Part shown: piece after piece, positions 46,761 through 58,177 of the stretch | How the letters are laid out: every line of letters begins with the position of its first letter | Position numbering within the stretch: position 1 is the first letter of the stretch | NCBI GenBank assembly: GCA_963785725.1 | Contig: CAWAWS010000027.1 | Coordinates: 1 to 64,000, forward strand | Length of the DNA: 64,000 nucleotides | Direction of reading: 5' to 3' | Origin: an uncultured delta proteobacterium | GTDB taxonomy: Bacteria; Myxococcota_A; Polyangia; Palsa-1104 | Position numbers and translations under genes: made by a program | The notes under the pieces: generated by a model | Databases searched by the model: none | What the model saw: the letters and a program-made list of their open reading frames with translations, nothing else | What the model was told of the DNA's origin: nothing

Positions 46761-47576
46761 TTAAAGCGGGCCCACTTTGACGGCGCCGTTCTCCAAGTAG
46801 ACCTGTGCCGGACGTCCCAAGAGCTCCTTCGGGATGTCGTCGGCGGTCAGGAACTCGCCGGCGACGGCGATGAGCTCGGCTTCGAGGCACTGGCAGAATA
46901 CGCGGGCGTCGACGTTGCCGCGGGCGCCGGCGAGCGCGCGACCGCGCAGGCGGCCGTAGATGTGAATGTGGCCGTCGGCGATGACCTGGGCGCCGGCGTT
47001 GACGGGCGCGCACACGACGAGATCGCCGTGCGAATACACGACTTGGCCGCCGCGAACGGGCTGGCTCACCGTCATCGACTGCGCGGCCGGCTCGGCGGAT
47101 GTCGCGGCCGCTTTCGGCGCGGCGGCGACGGGCGCGGCGGCCGGCTGCACCGCGCGCACCGCCTGCGGATGCGGCGCCGGCGGCTCCATGAGCGAGCTCG
47201 AGTTGGCGCGCGCGCCGCGGCTCTTGCCGAAGCCGAGCTGCACGATGGCGAGCCCGACTTCGGCCGCCAACGCCACCTGCTCCGGCGCCAAGTGCGCGAC
47301 ACCAATCGGAACCATGCGGCACGCCCGCACCCGCGCCACGATGTCGGCGAGCGGCAAAACGCCGGCGTTGGGATCGATGTCGGCGACGTCGATGACGACG
47401 GGCGCGTTCAGGAACAGCTGCGGCGCCGGATCGACGCGCGCGCGCAGCTCCTTCTCGATGCGCGCAGCGTCGACGGAGCGCAGACAGATCACCGTCACCG
47501 GCGTGATGGTGCCTTTGACCTCGAGCGCCGGTCCTCCCGACGACGGCGCTAACGCCTCCGCAACATTCCTGGCCAT
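46761..47576 (-). CDS. minC: septum site-determining protein MinC
   Basis: PQLFLNAPVVID; PVRGGQVVY, VNAGAQVIADGHIHIYGRLRGRALAG, LEAELIAVAG. Confidence 0.93.
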   Translation of the reverse strand: MARNVAEALAPSSGGPALEVKGTITPVTVICLRSVDAARIEKELRARVDPAPQLFLNAPVVIDVADIDPNAGVLPLADIVARVRACRMVPIGVAHLAPEQVALAAEVGLAIVQLGFGKSRGARANSSSLMEPPAPHPQAVRAVQPAAAPVAAAPKAAATSAEPAAQSMTVSQPVRGGQVVYSHGDLVVCAPVNAGAQVIADGHIHIYGRLRGRALAGARGNVDARVFCQCLEAELIAVAGEFLTADDIPKELLGRPAQVYLENGAVKVGPL

Positions 47577-47719
47577 GGACGTTCTCCCCGATAGCGCTCG
47601 CGTGTCGCCGCCGGATTTGCCGATGGACGGCGGCTCACGAGAGATGCGCTTCTCGCGTCATGTTCTGCCGTCCGGCAAAACGCGCAAGTTTCCTACAGCA
47701 ATCGTCACGGAGAGCCGCG

Positions 47720-49555
47720 CTAAGCAGCGGGGAGCGTGAACCAGAAGATGCTGCCGTGGCCGAGCTCGCTCTCGACGCCGATCTGGCCGCCGTGCGCCTC
47801 GACGATCTCCTTGCAGATGTAGAGGCCGAGGCCGGCGCCGCCGCGCTCGGCGCCGGGCACGCGATAGAAGCGCTCGAACAGGTGCGGGATGAACTCGGCG
47901 GCGATGCCGCTGCCGGAGTCGGCGACCTCGAAGCGGACCTGGCCGCCGCGATGCGGCGCGGCGCGCAGCCGGACCGAGCCGCCGGCGGGCGTGTGCCGCA
48001 AGCCGTTGGTGACGAGGTTGGTGAAGACGAGGTCGAGGCGATCGGGGTCGGCGATGACCGGCCTATCGATCGTCGGCGCGCCCATCTCCAGCGTCACGTT
48101 ACGCTCGCGCGCCTGCGCCGAATGCTGCGCGATGGCGGCGTCGAGCAGCGCCTGGGCCGGCAGCGGCCGCAACGACAGCTCGATGCGCCCCGACTGAATG
48201 CGCGACAGGTCGAGCAGGTCGTCGACGATGCCTTGCAGCCGCTCGCAATCTTCACGCGCCGCGAACAGGAGGTCGGCCTGCTTGGGCAAGAGCGGACCGA
48301 CCGTTTCCTCGACGCACAAGTGAATCGCCATGCGCAACGACGTCAACGGCGTACGGAATTCGTGGGCCACCGTCGCCACGAGATCGTTCTTGAGCTCGTC
48401 GAAGCGGCGCAGGCGCGTGACGTCTTGCAAGACGATCGTCAACGCGGCCACGTCGCCCGCCTCGGCGACGACGGGATGGGCGCGAATGAGCAGGAAGTGC
48501 TGGCCGTCGCGTGCCGCCACCGGCAGCGCGTCCTCGAAGCCTTTGGGCAGCCACGCGCCTTTGCCGGCGCGCACGTGCTCGACGACGTCGGCGACCTCGG
48601 CGCGCAGCGCCGGCTCCAGCACCTCCAAACCGCGGCCCTCCTCTTCGACGTCGAGGCCGAGCAGCTCGCCGGCGGCGCGGTTGGCGTTCAAGAGCTCGCC
48701 CGCGGTGCTCAAGACGATGACCGGATCGCTCAAGCTGTCGATGGTCGCCTGCGCCGCGTGCTGTGCTTGCAAGAGCTCGCCGAGCGAGCTCGAGCGATAT
48801 TGCTGCAGGTGATCGGCCATCAAGTTGAAGTCGCGCGCCACCTCCGCGATCTCGTCGTGACCGCCGACGCGCGCGCGCACCACCAGATCGCCGGCGCCGA
48901 GTCGTCGCGCCGCCTGGCTGAGCACCGACAGCGGGCGCACGAGCCGCGTCGTCAAGATCGTCGTCGCCGCCATGCCGAGCACGAACGCACCCAGCGTCAG
49001 GAGCAGCAGCGCGCCGTTCATGCGCTCGGCGTCGTGACGGGCGCGATCGCTCTTGCGCACCATGGCGTCTTGGTTGACGTTCAAGATGTCGTCGGTGGAG
49101 CGTTCGACGGCGACCAGCGCCGGCAGCAGCGTGTCGACGTAGCGGGCGCCGATGGCGTCGGCCGGCGTGTCGTCGAGCGCCGACAGGGCGGCGAAGAAGA
49201 CGCGCCAATGCTCGCGCAGCGTCGCCGTCAGCTCGCGCTCGCCCAATTCGGTGACGTTGCCCTCTTGAAACTGCAGCTGCTCGGCGAATGCGGCGCTCGC
49301 CGTCGCCTCGGCGGTCGCGTCCATCGTCGCTGTGGGTTTGCCGTGCGCCAGCGCCCGCGCCGCGGCCAGGCGACCGAGCTCGTCGGCGGAGTCGCGCATT
49401 CGCTGCGCCGCGAGCACGCTCTGGTAGTTGTCCTTCAAGATGTCCTGCGACGAGCGATCGAGCGTCGTGATGGTCCCGCGCGAGACATAGCCGACGAGCG
49501 CCAAGGCCAGCGCCAGCGGCACTTGCGCGAGCAGCAGCTTCGAACGCAGCCTCAT
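47720..49555 (-). CDS. sensor histidine kinase (HAMP, PAS, HisKA, HATPase), likely partner of the split KdpD
   Basis: ILKDNYQSV, SSLGELL, AHEFRTPLTS, NLVTNGLRHT, GAGLGL; ATGA overlap with the KdpD-N gene. Confidence 0.9.
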   Translation of the reverse strand: MRLRSKLLLAQVPLALALALVGYVSRGTITTLDRSSQDILKDNYQSVLAAQRMRDSADELGRLAAARALAHGKPTATMDATAEATASAAFAEQLQFQEGNVTELGERELTATLREHWRVFFAALSALDDTPADAIGARYVDTLLPALVAVERSTDDILNVNQDAMVRKSDRARHDAERMNGALLLLTLGAFVLGMAATTILTTRLVRPLSVLSQAARRLGAGDLVVRARVGGHDEIAEVARDFNLMADHLQQYRSSSLGELLQAQHAAQATIDSLSDPVIVLSTAGELLNANRAAGELLGLDVEEEGRGLEVLEPALRAEVADVVEHVRAGKGAWLPKGFEDALPVAARDGQHFLLIRAHPVVAEAGDVAALTIVLQDVTRLRRFDELKNDLVATVAHEFRTPLTSLRMAIHLCVEETVGPLLPKQADLLFAAREDCERLQGIVDDLLDLSRIQSGRIELSLRPLPAQALLDAAIAQHSAQARERNVTLEMGAPTIDRPVIADPDRLDLVFTNLVTNGLRHTPAGGSVRLRAAPHRGGQVRFEVADSGSGIAAEFIPHLFERFYRVPGAERGGAGLGLYICKEIVEAHGGQIGVESELGHGSIFWFTLPAA

Positions 49556-50703
49556 GGCGCCCGCTCTTCGTCGTCGAAGGAGACGATGTGCAGGTCGAAG
49601 CCGTCGCTGTCGCGGACGAGGCGCAGCGGCACCGAGCGGCCGAGCAGCTGCTTCCACCACGGCTGATGCGAGCGGCCGATCAAGATGTGACCGACGCCGT
49701 GCGAGCGCGCGAAGTCGAGCAGGCAGTCGACCGGATCGCGGCCTTGCAAGCGGACCACTTCGGCGCCCAGCTCGCGCGCCGACTGGATGTTGTCGTGCAA
49801 GTGGCGCTGCACCTCGGCGTCGATGCGATCGGGCGACTCGCGCGGCGTCTCGACGTAGACGACGAACCAGTCGGTCGACAGGCGGCCGGCCATGCGACTG
49901 CCGCGGCGCAACAGCGTGGCGGCGTGCGGCGGATAGGACGACATGCACACCATGACGCGGCCGCCGGCCGACCAGCGCGACGCCGATCCGACGGGCGTGC
50001 GCGCCTGCGCCGTGCGCTCGAGCGACTCGGCCACTTCGCGCAGCGACAGCTCGCGCAGCGCCGACAGGTTCTCTACTTGGAAGAAGTGCTCGAGCGCCCA
50101 GGCTACTTTGTCGGCGGGATAAATCTTGCCGCCTTCCAGTCGCTGTAAGAGGTCCTCGACGGCCAAGTCGATATTGACGATCTGATCGGCCTGCTTCAGA
50201 AAGCCGTCGGGGATGGTCTCGCGCACTTGCACTTTGGCGTTGCGCGACACGATGTCGTTGAGGCTCTCCAAGTGCTGCACGTTGAAGGCGCCGATGACGT
50301 TGATGCCGGCGGCGAGCAGCTCGAGCACGTCTTGGTAGCGCTTTTTGTTGCGCGCGCCGGGGACGTTGGTGTGCGCCAGCTCGTCGACGACGGCGATGGT
50401 CGGCTTGCGCGCCAAGATGGCATCGAGGTCCATCTCCTCGATGCGAACGCCGCGATATTCGAGGGCGCGGCGCGGGACGGTCGGCAGGTCGGCGAGGAGC
50501 GCGGCGGTGTCGGCGCGGCCGTGCGTCTCGATGAAGCCGAGCACGAGATCGACGCCTCTTTGGCGCAGCGCGTGTGCCTCTTCGAGCATGCGATAGGTCT
50601 TGCCGACACCGGCGGCGAAGCCGAGATAGAGCTTGAGCCGTCCGCGCTGCGAACGCTCGACGAGCGCCAGGAAGTCCTCGGCGCGTGTGCCGGCGCGGCT
50701 CAT
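49552..50703 (-). CDS. kdpD: KdpD N-terminal sensor domain + Usp domain (split KdpD)
   Basis: RGRLKLYLGFAAGVGKTYRML, VDELAHTN, KRYQDV, NVQHLESLND; Usp C-terminal half. Confidence 0.9.
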   Translation of the reverse strand: MSRAGTRAEDFLALVERSQRGRLKLYLGFAAGVGKTYRMLEEAHALRQRGVDLVLGFIETHGRADTAALLADLPTVPRRALEYRGVRIEEMDLDAILARKPTIAVVDELAHTNVPGARNKKRYQDVLELLAAGINVIGAFNVQHLESLNDIVSRNAKVQVRETIPDGFLKQADQIVNIDLAVEDLLQRLEGGKIYPADKVAWALEHFFQVENLSALRELSLREVAESLERTAQARTPVGSASRWSAGGRVMVCMSSYPPHAATLLRRGSRMAGRLSTDWFVVYVETPRESPDRIDAEVQRHLHDNIQSARELGAEVVRLQGRDPVDCLLDFARSHGVGHILIGRSHQPWWKQLLGRSVPLRLVRDSDGFDLHIVSFDDEERAP

Positions 50704-50720
50704 CGACGGATGAATTCAAT

Positions 50721-50737
50721 AGCACGGATTGTGCCCG
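50721..50737 (-). promoter_or_regulatory. putative sigma-54 promoter of kdpD-N
   Basis: Minus strand CGGGCACAATCCGTGCT, GG-N10-GC. Confidence 0.55.
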
Positions 50738-50786
50738 ACCACGTCAGGGCGCCGTCGCTGTCCGATCGCGACGACTGCTGCTCGGC

Positions 50787-50831
50787 TTGCAAAACGAAAG
50801 GGATGAGCGTACCGGCGATTGCAAAGCGCAA
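50787..50831. promoter_or_regulatory. paired putative enhancer-binding-protein sites
   Basis: TTGCAAAACGAAA (50787) and TTGCAAAGCGCAA (50819), 32 bp apart. Confidence 0.5.
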
Positions 50832-50883
50832 CATGACGCGCTTTTCGTTGAAGCGACCCGGGATCGGCGCTACTTCTCACATC

Positions 50884-52281
<1,398 letters not shown>

Positions 52282-52350
52282 CGCCGGCGTAGCCCGCCGG
52301 TGACGCGCGGAGCTCGGCGCGTGCGGGTGTGCTTGTTTTTGCCGTCGCTG

Positions 52351-52479
52351 TTGGGGGCGCGCGTGGGTGCCGAGCGCGTGCGCCCGCGATAAACCATTGA
52401 TCGGCGTGCCCGACTACACGATGGCCGGCGCGACGAAGCGACGACGCCCGCGCGCACCGCGCGCCCGGGCGCCGTCGCC
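52351..52479 (-). repeat. ~130-bp dispersed hairpin repeat (family 2), copy 2
   Basis: Reverse complement of 41430-41559 with ~10 differences including one indel. Confidence 0.88.
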
Positions 52480-52520
52480 GACTCGCCCAAGCCCCAGCGA
52501 CCGCACGCCCCCACTTCGCC

Positions 52521-52776
52521 GGCCGCAATCCGCGCCCCACGCCGCGCAATCCGCGCCCCCACGCCGCGCAATCCGCGCCCCCACGCCGCACAATCCGCGC
52601 CCACACTCCGCGCAATCCGCGCCCGCACTCCGCGCAATCCGCGCCCGCACTCCACGCTCGCCGCGCCCCACTCCGCGCAATCCGCGCCCACACTCCGCGC
52701 AATCCGCGCCCACACTCCGCGCAATCCGCGCCCACACTCCGCGCAATCCGCGCCCGCACTCCACGCTCGCCGCGCC
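52521..52776. repeat. 22-bp minisatellite, ~12 units
   Basis: Consensus CCGCGCAATCCGCGCCCACACT; variant CCACGCTCGCCGCGCC at units 7 and 12. Confidence 0.92.
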
Positions 52777-52788
52777 GCCCGCCGCGCC

Positions 52789-53340
52789 TTACGCGCCGCC
52801 CGCCGCCCCGACCGCCGCCACCAAAGCCGCGACGCTGCGCCGCAGCGTCGCTCGATCCTCGCCGCCCATCGCCCCCTCCGCCGTCAGCCGCTGCGTCAGA
52901 AACGGCGCGAACAGCGAAGCCTCGAGCACGCGCGCCTCGAGGGTCCGCAAAATCTCCGCCAGCTGCGCCTGCGCAAACTGTCCGCCCGCCGACGCATTCA
53001 ACGCCAGCAGCGGCTTGCCCGCCAGCTCGCCGCTCGACACGATCCAATCGAGCGCATTCTTGAACGCGCCCGGCAGCCCGTGCGCATACTCCGGCACCGA
53101 CACGATGAACCCATCGGCCGACCGCAACAGCGCACGCCACTCGGCGACGGCCGGCGGCGGCACGTCACCCTCCTGGTCGAGATCGGGATTGAAGCTGGGC
53201 AGCCCGCCAACGCCTTCGTACAAGAGCGTCTCGATTTCAGCCGGCACGAGCGCAAACGCCGCCCGCACCAGCCCCGCGTTCGACGACTGCGCCCGCAAGC
53301 TGCCCGACAGCCCGACGATTCGCTTCCGCTCGGCGCTCAT
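52789..53340 (-). CDS. NADPH-dependent FMN reductase
   Basis: GLSGSLRAQSSN, PEYAHGLPGAFKNALDW. Confidence 0.92.
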   Translation of the reverse strand: MSAERKRIVGLSGSLRAQSSNAGLVRAAFALVPAEIETLLYEGVGGLPSFNPDLDQEGDVPPPAVAEWRALLRSADGFIVSVPEYAHGLPGAFKNALDWIVSSGELAGKPLLALNASAGGQFAQAQLAEILRTLEARVLEASLFAPFLTQRLTAEGAMGGEDRATLRRSVAALVAAVGAAGGA

Positions 53341-53416
53341 GAGGTGGAGGCGAGCTTATCTGCACGCGCCGCTTGTCGCTCGAAAATGAGCCGAGCTCGC
53401 GCAAGATCCCGGTGCG

Positions 53417-53743
53417 TCAGCGCGGCGTGAAGGCGATGATGGCCATGCCGACCAACGCCACGGCGCCGCCGGTCAGATCCCAACGATCGGGCCGTTGTCC
53501 GTCGACGAGCCAGAGCCAAGCGAGCGCGGTCGCGACATAGACCCCGCCGTAGGCTGCATACGTGCGTCCGGCGGAAGTGGGATGCAGCGTCAACAGCCAG
53601 ACGAACAGCGACAGACTGAGCGCGGCCGGCGCTATCAATAACGGTGATTGCTGTTTGCGCAGCCATAAATACGGCAGATAGCAGCCGACAATCTCCGCCA
53701 GCGCCGTCGCCACGAACAGTCCCAGCGTGCGTAAGACGATCAT
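53417..53743 (-). CDS. ynfA: YnfA/UPF0060 small membrane protein
   Basis: [34 protein letters not shown]. Confidence 0.92.
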   Translation of the reverse strand: MIVLRTLGLFVATALAEIVGCYLPYLWLRKQQSPLLIAPAALSLSLFVWLLTLHPTSAGRTYAAYGGVYVATALAWLWLVDGQRPDRWDLTGGAVALVGMAIIAFTPR

Positions 53744-55179
53744 AGGCGTAAGGTCGCATTGACGATCAACCGATCGTCGCTCTTTTCGAGATCGGGCGTG
53801 AACGTCGGGACCAAAGGCGCCTGAATTCCGCCGGGGCCGGTGATGCCGCCGTGGCCGGCGAAATAGGGCTGATTCGAGGCCCGATGCGAATATTCGAGGC
53901 GGAAGAGCACCCACGGCGACGGCTGAAAGTCGTTGGTGATGCTGAAGCCGCCGAGCAGATAAGGCCCCTTGCTCGGCAGTGAATAGGGATCGCCGAGCGG
54001 CAGCCGCATGATGATTGAGCCGCGCTGGTCGTAAAAGACATCGCCGCGCACCGTCGTCGCCAGCCAGTCGGTCCAGGCGACGCGATGCGCGAGGCTCATG
54101 CCGCCCATCCAGCCGTTGGGCGTCGGCGCGCCGCGCTTCTCGTAGCCGATATCGCCGGTAAACGAAATGGCGGCGCTGTGAATCTTATGGGGGTTGCCGC
54201 CTTTGTAATATTCGATCTGCACGTTGCTGTCGCTCCACGGACGCAGCGAATGCGGGTCGTTCTCGACCTCTTGGCCGATATAGAACGAGTTGACGAGCGA
54301 GAGCCACTGCCGCGGACGCCAGTTGACGAGATAGCCGCCGGCCTTGCCTTCGTGCCATTGACCGAACGTTTGCCAGCCATTGACGAGCCAGAGCTCGACC
54401 TTCAAACGCCGCGTCGCGAAGATTTGTGTCCGTAAGCCAAAGAAGTAATAGGGCGTAAAGTCCGATAAGAACGCGTGCGTATAAGACCAGTTCTCTTGCG
54501 GGAGATAGCTCTCGAGACCGACATAAGAGGGAAAGATGCCGAGCTCGATGTTGAGGCCGTGCAGCAGATGAAAGTGCCAGCCGACCGCCGCTTGCTCGAT
54601 GTATTTGAAGACGCTGGCCGACAAGAAATAGCCGCGCGTCACGGTCGGGTCTTGACCGGCGTCGGTCTCGACGTTGGAGCCGTATTGAATGTAAATGCGG
54701 CCGAGGGGACCGTCCAAACCGGTGACGTCGACGCCGAGAATCCCGAGGTTGAAGGAGATCTCGTTATGGCGCGCCGCGACCGTCGTCGGGAAGATCGTGT
54801 GATCGATGGGCGCGTGGAATTGATAGGCATAATAGGCGTCGATATAGATCGACCACGTGAGCGGCCCCGACACGAGCAGCGATTGCGGCTGATTGTTGTT
54901 GCCGTTGAGCCAGCTGAAGTCGAATTCACCGAAGGTCGGCTCGCGCTCGTCGAGCCGTAACGGCTTGGCCGGCGCGCTCGGTGGCGGCGAAGCCGACGGC
55001 GCGGGCACGCTCGGCGGCGGCGCGGCCAGCTTTTGCTGCAGCGCCTTCAGCTCCGCCTCGAGGTGCAGGATGCGCGCGTGATCGGCGGCGGCGTCAGCGG
55101 CCGCCGGCGACTCTTGCGCCGCGGCGACGGGCGCCACGGCCAGAAAGACCCACACGAGGGCAAAACGGCAGCGCGACAT
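53740..55179 (-). CDS. outer-membrane beta-barrel porin (BBP2/OmpL-like)
   Basis: Signal peptide and coiled coil; [43 protein letters not shown]. Confidence 0.78.
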   Translation of the reverse strand: MSRCRFALVWVFLAVAPVAAAQESPAAADAAADHARILHLEAELKALQQKLAAPPPSVPAPSASPPPSAPAKPLRLDEREPTFGEFDFSWLNGNNNQPQSLLVSGPLTWSIYIDAYYAYQFHAPIDHTIFPTTVAARHNEISFNLGILGVDVTGLDGPLGRIYIQYGSNVETDAGQDPTVTRGYFLSASVFKYIEQAAVGWHFHLLHGLNIELGIFPSYVGLESYLPQENWSYTHAFLSDFTPYYFFGLRTQIFATRRLKVELWLVNGWQTFGQWHEGKAGGYLVNWRPRQWLSLVNSFYIGQEVENDPHSLRPWSDSNVQIEYYKGGNPHKIHSAAISFTGDIGYEKRGAPTPNGWMGGMSLAHRVAWTDWLATTVRGDVFYDQRGSIIMRLPLGDPYSLPSKGPYLLGGFSITNDFQPSPWVLFRLEYSHRASNQPYFAGHGGITGPGGIQAPLVPTFTPDLEKSDDRLIVNATLRL

Positions 55180-55437
55180 CGCGGTCTCCTTGCGCACGAC
55201 GAGGGCGCGACGATCTCCCGCCGGACGGCCCAGCGTCAACTTTTGTCGACGGCAACCGCAACGGAGCGGCGATTTGCGCGGATTCGTGCGAGCGCGCGTG
55301 ACTCGGCGTCGCAGCCGTTTCCCGACCGTCACGGGATGGCCAGGCTCGCCGGCCCGCGCGGTCGCCGAGCGAGCGAGCGTGGGCTCGGCCGCTAAGTCGC
55401 CCCTTGGCCGTGCGCAATGGCAGGCGCGTCGCGCGTT

Positions 55438-55457
55438 TCTATCGAACGTTCGATAGA
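55438..55457. promoter_or_regulatory. perfect 20-bp palindrome, putative operator
   Basis: TCTATCGAACGTTCGATAGA between divergent genes. Confidence 0.55.
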
Positions 55458-55537
55458 CCGACCGCACTAAGCGTGACTCTCGCCGCCCGCTCATTTTCTG
55501 ACTGGCCGAGCGACCGTTCGAGGTCAAACTAAGGGGA

Positions 55538-56158
55538 ATGCGATTTTCGCCCCTCTTGGTCATCGTGCTGGCTACAGTCCTCGTCGCCGGTTGTGCGACC
55601 TACTCAGCGGCGCCGCGGCGAATCTGCGTGGTCGAGCCGGGCTCGAAGCTCCAGGCATTCCAGGCGCTGCAGTCACGGCGCGGGCCGACCCGCTTCGCGC
55701 AGGTGACGCCGACGATCTATCGCGGCGGCGAGCCCAACGAGGAGCAGATGGCGCAGCTGAGCGCGCTCGGCGTGCGCACCATCATCGACCTGCGCAATCG
55801 GCCGCTCGACGTGGCCGCCGAGGCCGCGAGCGCCCGCAAGGTGGGCATCCAGGCGCTCAATTTCCCGTTCAGCGGCCTATCGGAGCCGGACCCGGCGGTG
55901 CTGCAGCACGCGGTGGCGGCGATTCAGGGGGCGTCGTCGGGCTCGGTCTACGTGCATTGCCAGCAGGGCCGCGATCGCACGTCGCTCATCGTCGCGCTCT
56001 ACCGCGTCTGGGTCGAAGGCTGGAATCCCAATGTCGCCTGGCGCAAGGAGGCGCTCGACTTCGGGCACGGCGGCATGCGCGCCATCTTCTTCCGCAAGCT
56101 CGACCGCGTGTTCGTGCGGCTGACCGCGCCGACGGCGACGGCGCCGCATCTCACCTGA
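55538..56158 (+). CDS. exported dual-specificity/tyrosine-phosphatase-family lipoprotein
   Basis: Lipobox LVAGC; IYRGGEP, GVRTIIDLR, VHCQQGRDRT (CX5R). Confidence 0.88.
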   Translation: MRFSPLLVIVLATVLVAGCATYSAAPRRICVVEPGSKLQAFQALQSRRGPTRFAQVTPTIYRGGEPNEEQMAQLSALGVRTIIDLRNRPLDVAAEAASARKVGIQALNFPFSGLSEPDPAVLQHAVAAIQGASSGSVYVHCQQGRDRTSLIVALYRVWVEGWNPNVAWRKEALDFGHGGMRAIFFRKLDRVFVRLTAPTATAPHLT

Positions 56159-56234
56159 CCTGACGACCTGACGCGCGCCCATCGGCCGCGCGACCGCAGC
56201 ACACCCAACGAATCCTTAAAGCAGCAATGAGCGG

Positions 56235-57863
56235 TTAGTTCGCGCGCAAAAGCTCGGCGCAGCGTTCGCCGATCATCATGCAGGGCGCGTTCGTGTTGCC
56301 GCCGGTGATCGACGGCATGATGGCGGCATCGGCGACGCGCAGCCCTTCGATGCCGCGCACCCGCAGCTGCGGGTCGACGACGGCGCGCTCGTCGGTGCCC
56401 ATGCGGCACGTGCCGACCGGGTGGTAGACGGTGTGGATGCGGTTGGGCAGCTCGGCCGCCATCGCCTCCGCCGACGCGAACTCGGCGCCGGGATGGAGCT
56501 CGCCCGTGACCACCCCCGACAGCGCCGACGCGGCCATGATGTCACGCACCATCGTAATGCCCTCGAGCAAGAGGCGGCGATCGTCACCCTGCTCGAGGAA
56601 GTGCGGATCGATGTGCGGCGCCGCCGTCGGATCGGCCGACACGAGCCGCATTTCGCCGCGGCTCTTCGGGTAAATCAGCGTCGGCATCACCGTCAGCGCC
56701 GGTCGCTTGTCGACGGTCGGACGCACCGGCTTGTCCTGATTCGGCGACGGATACGACCACGGCAGACAGTGAATCTGCAGGTCGGGAACGCCGGCGCGCG
56801 CTTGGCTCGAACGCAGAAAGCCCATGGCGTCGAACACCGTGCGGCCGAACCAGCTGTCGCCCTTGAACGTCTGCGCCAGCATGCCGCCGAAGAAGTGCCA
56901 GGCCGTGCCGCGATGCACCGCTTTCGGCGCCAAAAAGGTCATGGGCACGAAGAGGTGATCGTGCAGGTTCTTGCCGACGGGGAGATCGGCAACGGTCGTA
57001 ATGCCGTGCGCCGCCAGCTCTGCGGCGGGCCCGACGCCCGACAGCATGAGCAGCTGCGCCGAGCCGATGACGCCGGCCGACAAGATGACCTCGCGCCGCG
57101 CCCGAATCGTGCGCGTCTGCCCGTCGGCGATGAGCTCGACGCCGACGGCGCGGCCGCGCTCGATGACGACGCGCGCCACCGTCGCGCCCGTCTGCACGTG
57201 GAAGTTGGCGCGCGCCTTGGCCGGATGCACGTACGCCTCCGATGAGCTGAAGCGACGACCGTCGCGCGCGTTCATCTGGCACACGCCGATGCCCTCCTGC
57301 GACGCGCCGTTGTAGTCGTCGAGGATCGGCACGCCCTGCTGCTCCGCCAGCGCCTGCATGAACGCCGTCGTCGCGGGCACGAGATCCTTCGTCGGCGACA
57401 CGCGAATGGGACCGCCGGCGCCGCGGAATTCGTTGGCGCCGCCCTCCCAATCTTCGAGCCGGCGGAAGCAGCGCAGCGCGTCGGACCAGCCCCAGCCGCT
57501 GCAGCCTTCGGCGGCCCAATCCTCGTAGTTCTGCTTGTTGCCGCGGACGTAGACCATGCCGTTGATGGCGCTCGAGCCGCCGAGCACGCGGCCGCGCACG
57601 TACGGGATGCGGCGGCCGGCGGCGTTCGACTGCGGCGCCGTGTAGTAGCCCCAGTCGAAGCGCTTCTTGACCTTGGGCTCGGTGTGGATGATCGACACCA
57701 TGCCGGGAATCGTGCACAGCTTGGTGCGGTCGCTGCCGCCGGCCTCGAGGAGCAGGACTTCCGTGCCGGCGTCCTCCGACAGGCGGCTGGCGACGATGCC
57801 GCCCGCCGACCCGGCCCCGACGACGATGTAGTCCACTTCCGCGACTTCGGATGACGCTTTCAT
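56235..57863 (-). CDS. GMC oxidoreductase (choline/alcohol dehydrogenase-like)
   Basis: VGAGSAG, GRVLGGSSAINGM, GKNLHDH, YHPVGTCRMG, GGNTNAP. Confidence 0.93.
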   Translation of the reverse strand: MKASSEVAEVDYIVVGAGSAGGIVASRLSEDAGTEVLLLEAGGSDRTKLCTIPGMVSIIHTEPKVKKRFDWGYYTAPQSNAAGRRIPYVRGRVLGGSSAINGMVYVRGNKQNYEDWAAEGCSGWGWSDALRCFRRLEDWEGGANEFRGAGGPIRVSPTKDLVPATTAFMQALAEQQGVPILDDYNGASQEGIGVCQMNARDGRRFSSSEAYVHPAKARANFHVQTGATVARVVIERGRAVGVELIADGQTRTIRARREVILSAGVIGSAQLLMLSGVGPAAELAAHGITTVADLPVGKNLHDHLFVPMTFLAPKAVHRGTAWHFFGGMLAQTFKGDSWFGRTVFDAMGFLRSSQARAGVPDLQIHCLPWSYPSPNQDKPVRPTVDKRPALTVMPTLIYPKSRGEMRLVSADPTAAPHIDPHFLEQGDDRRLLLEGITMVRDIMAASALSGVVTGELHPGAEFASAEAMAAELPNRIHTVYHPVGTCRMGTDERAVVDPQLRVRGIEGLRVADAAIMPSITGGNTNAPCMMIGERCAELLRAN

Positions 57864-57918
57864 GCCGGCTGGCCTCCAGGCGACCGCCCTAGTCGCCTAC
57901 GCCTAGTCTGCACGAAAT

Positions 57919-57953
57919 TGAAACTTGTTCTAGTCCTTAAAGAACGCGTTCTA
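57919..57953. promoter_or_regulatory. tandem TetR-type (KstR-like) operators
   Basis: TGAAACTTGTTCTA (57919-57932) and AAGAACGCGTTCTA (57940-57953) versus TnnAACnnGTTnnA. Confidence 0.5.
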
Positions 57954-58177
57954 GCGGATGCGCTAGTCGGCCGCGCCACTGCGGCGACCGCGAAGAATGT
58001 CCGTGCGTGAGATGTCGCCGGCGACCGATTCGTAACCGGGCGCGCGCGGTTCGCCGCCAACGACCGCCCGCCTACGTGCATCAACGTAGCGCGCGCTCGT
58101 CGACGACGCGCTCGTCGAGCCGCCACTTGCTAGCCCGAATGTAGTCGTTACATGTTCCGCGACTCTTCGCTGGAGGC

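Noticed and set aside
47720..50725. 1001-aa full-length KdpD
   Set aside because: The KdpD-N domain is in a different frame with its own stop and a clean ATGA overlap; the kinase starts at 49555 with its own TM, so the split looks genuine.
52521..52776. Possible CRISPR array
   Set aside because: Units are head-to-tail with no unique spacers, and no cas genes are in the window.
55180..55430. Guanidine riboswitch upstream of porin-ynfA
   Set aside because: No ykkC-I, mini-ykkC (twin ACGR loops) or ykkC-III consensus could be matched by eye.
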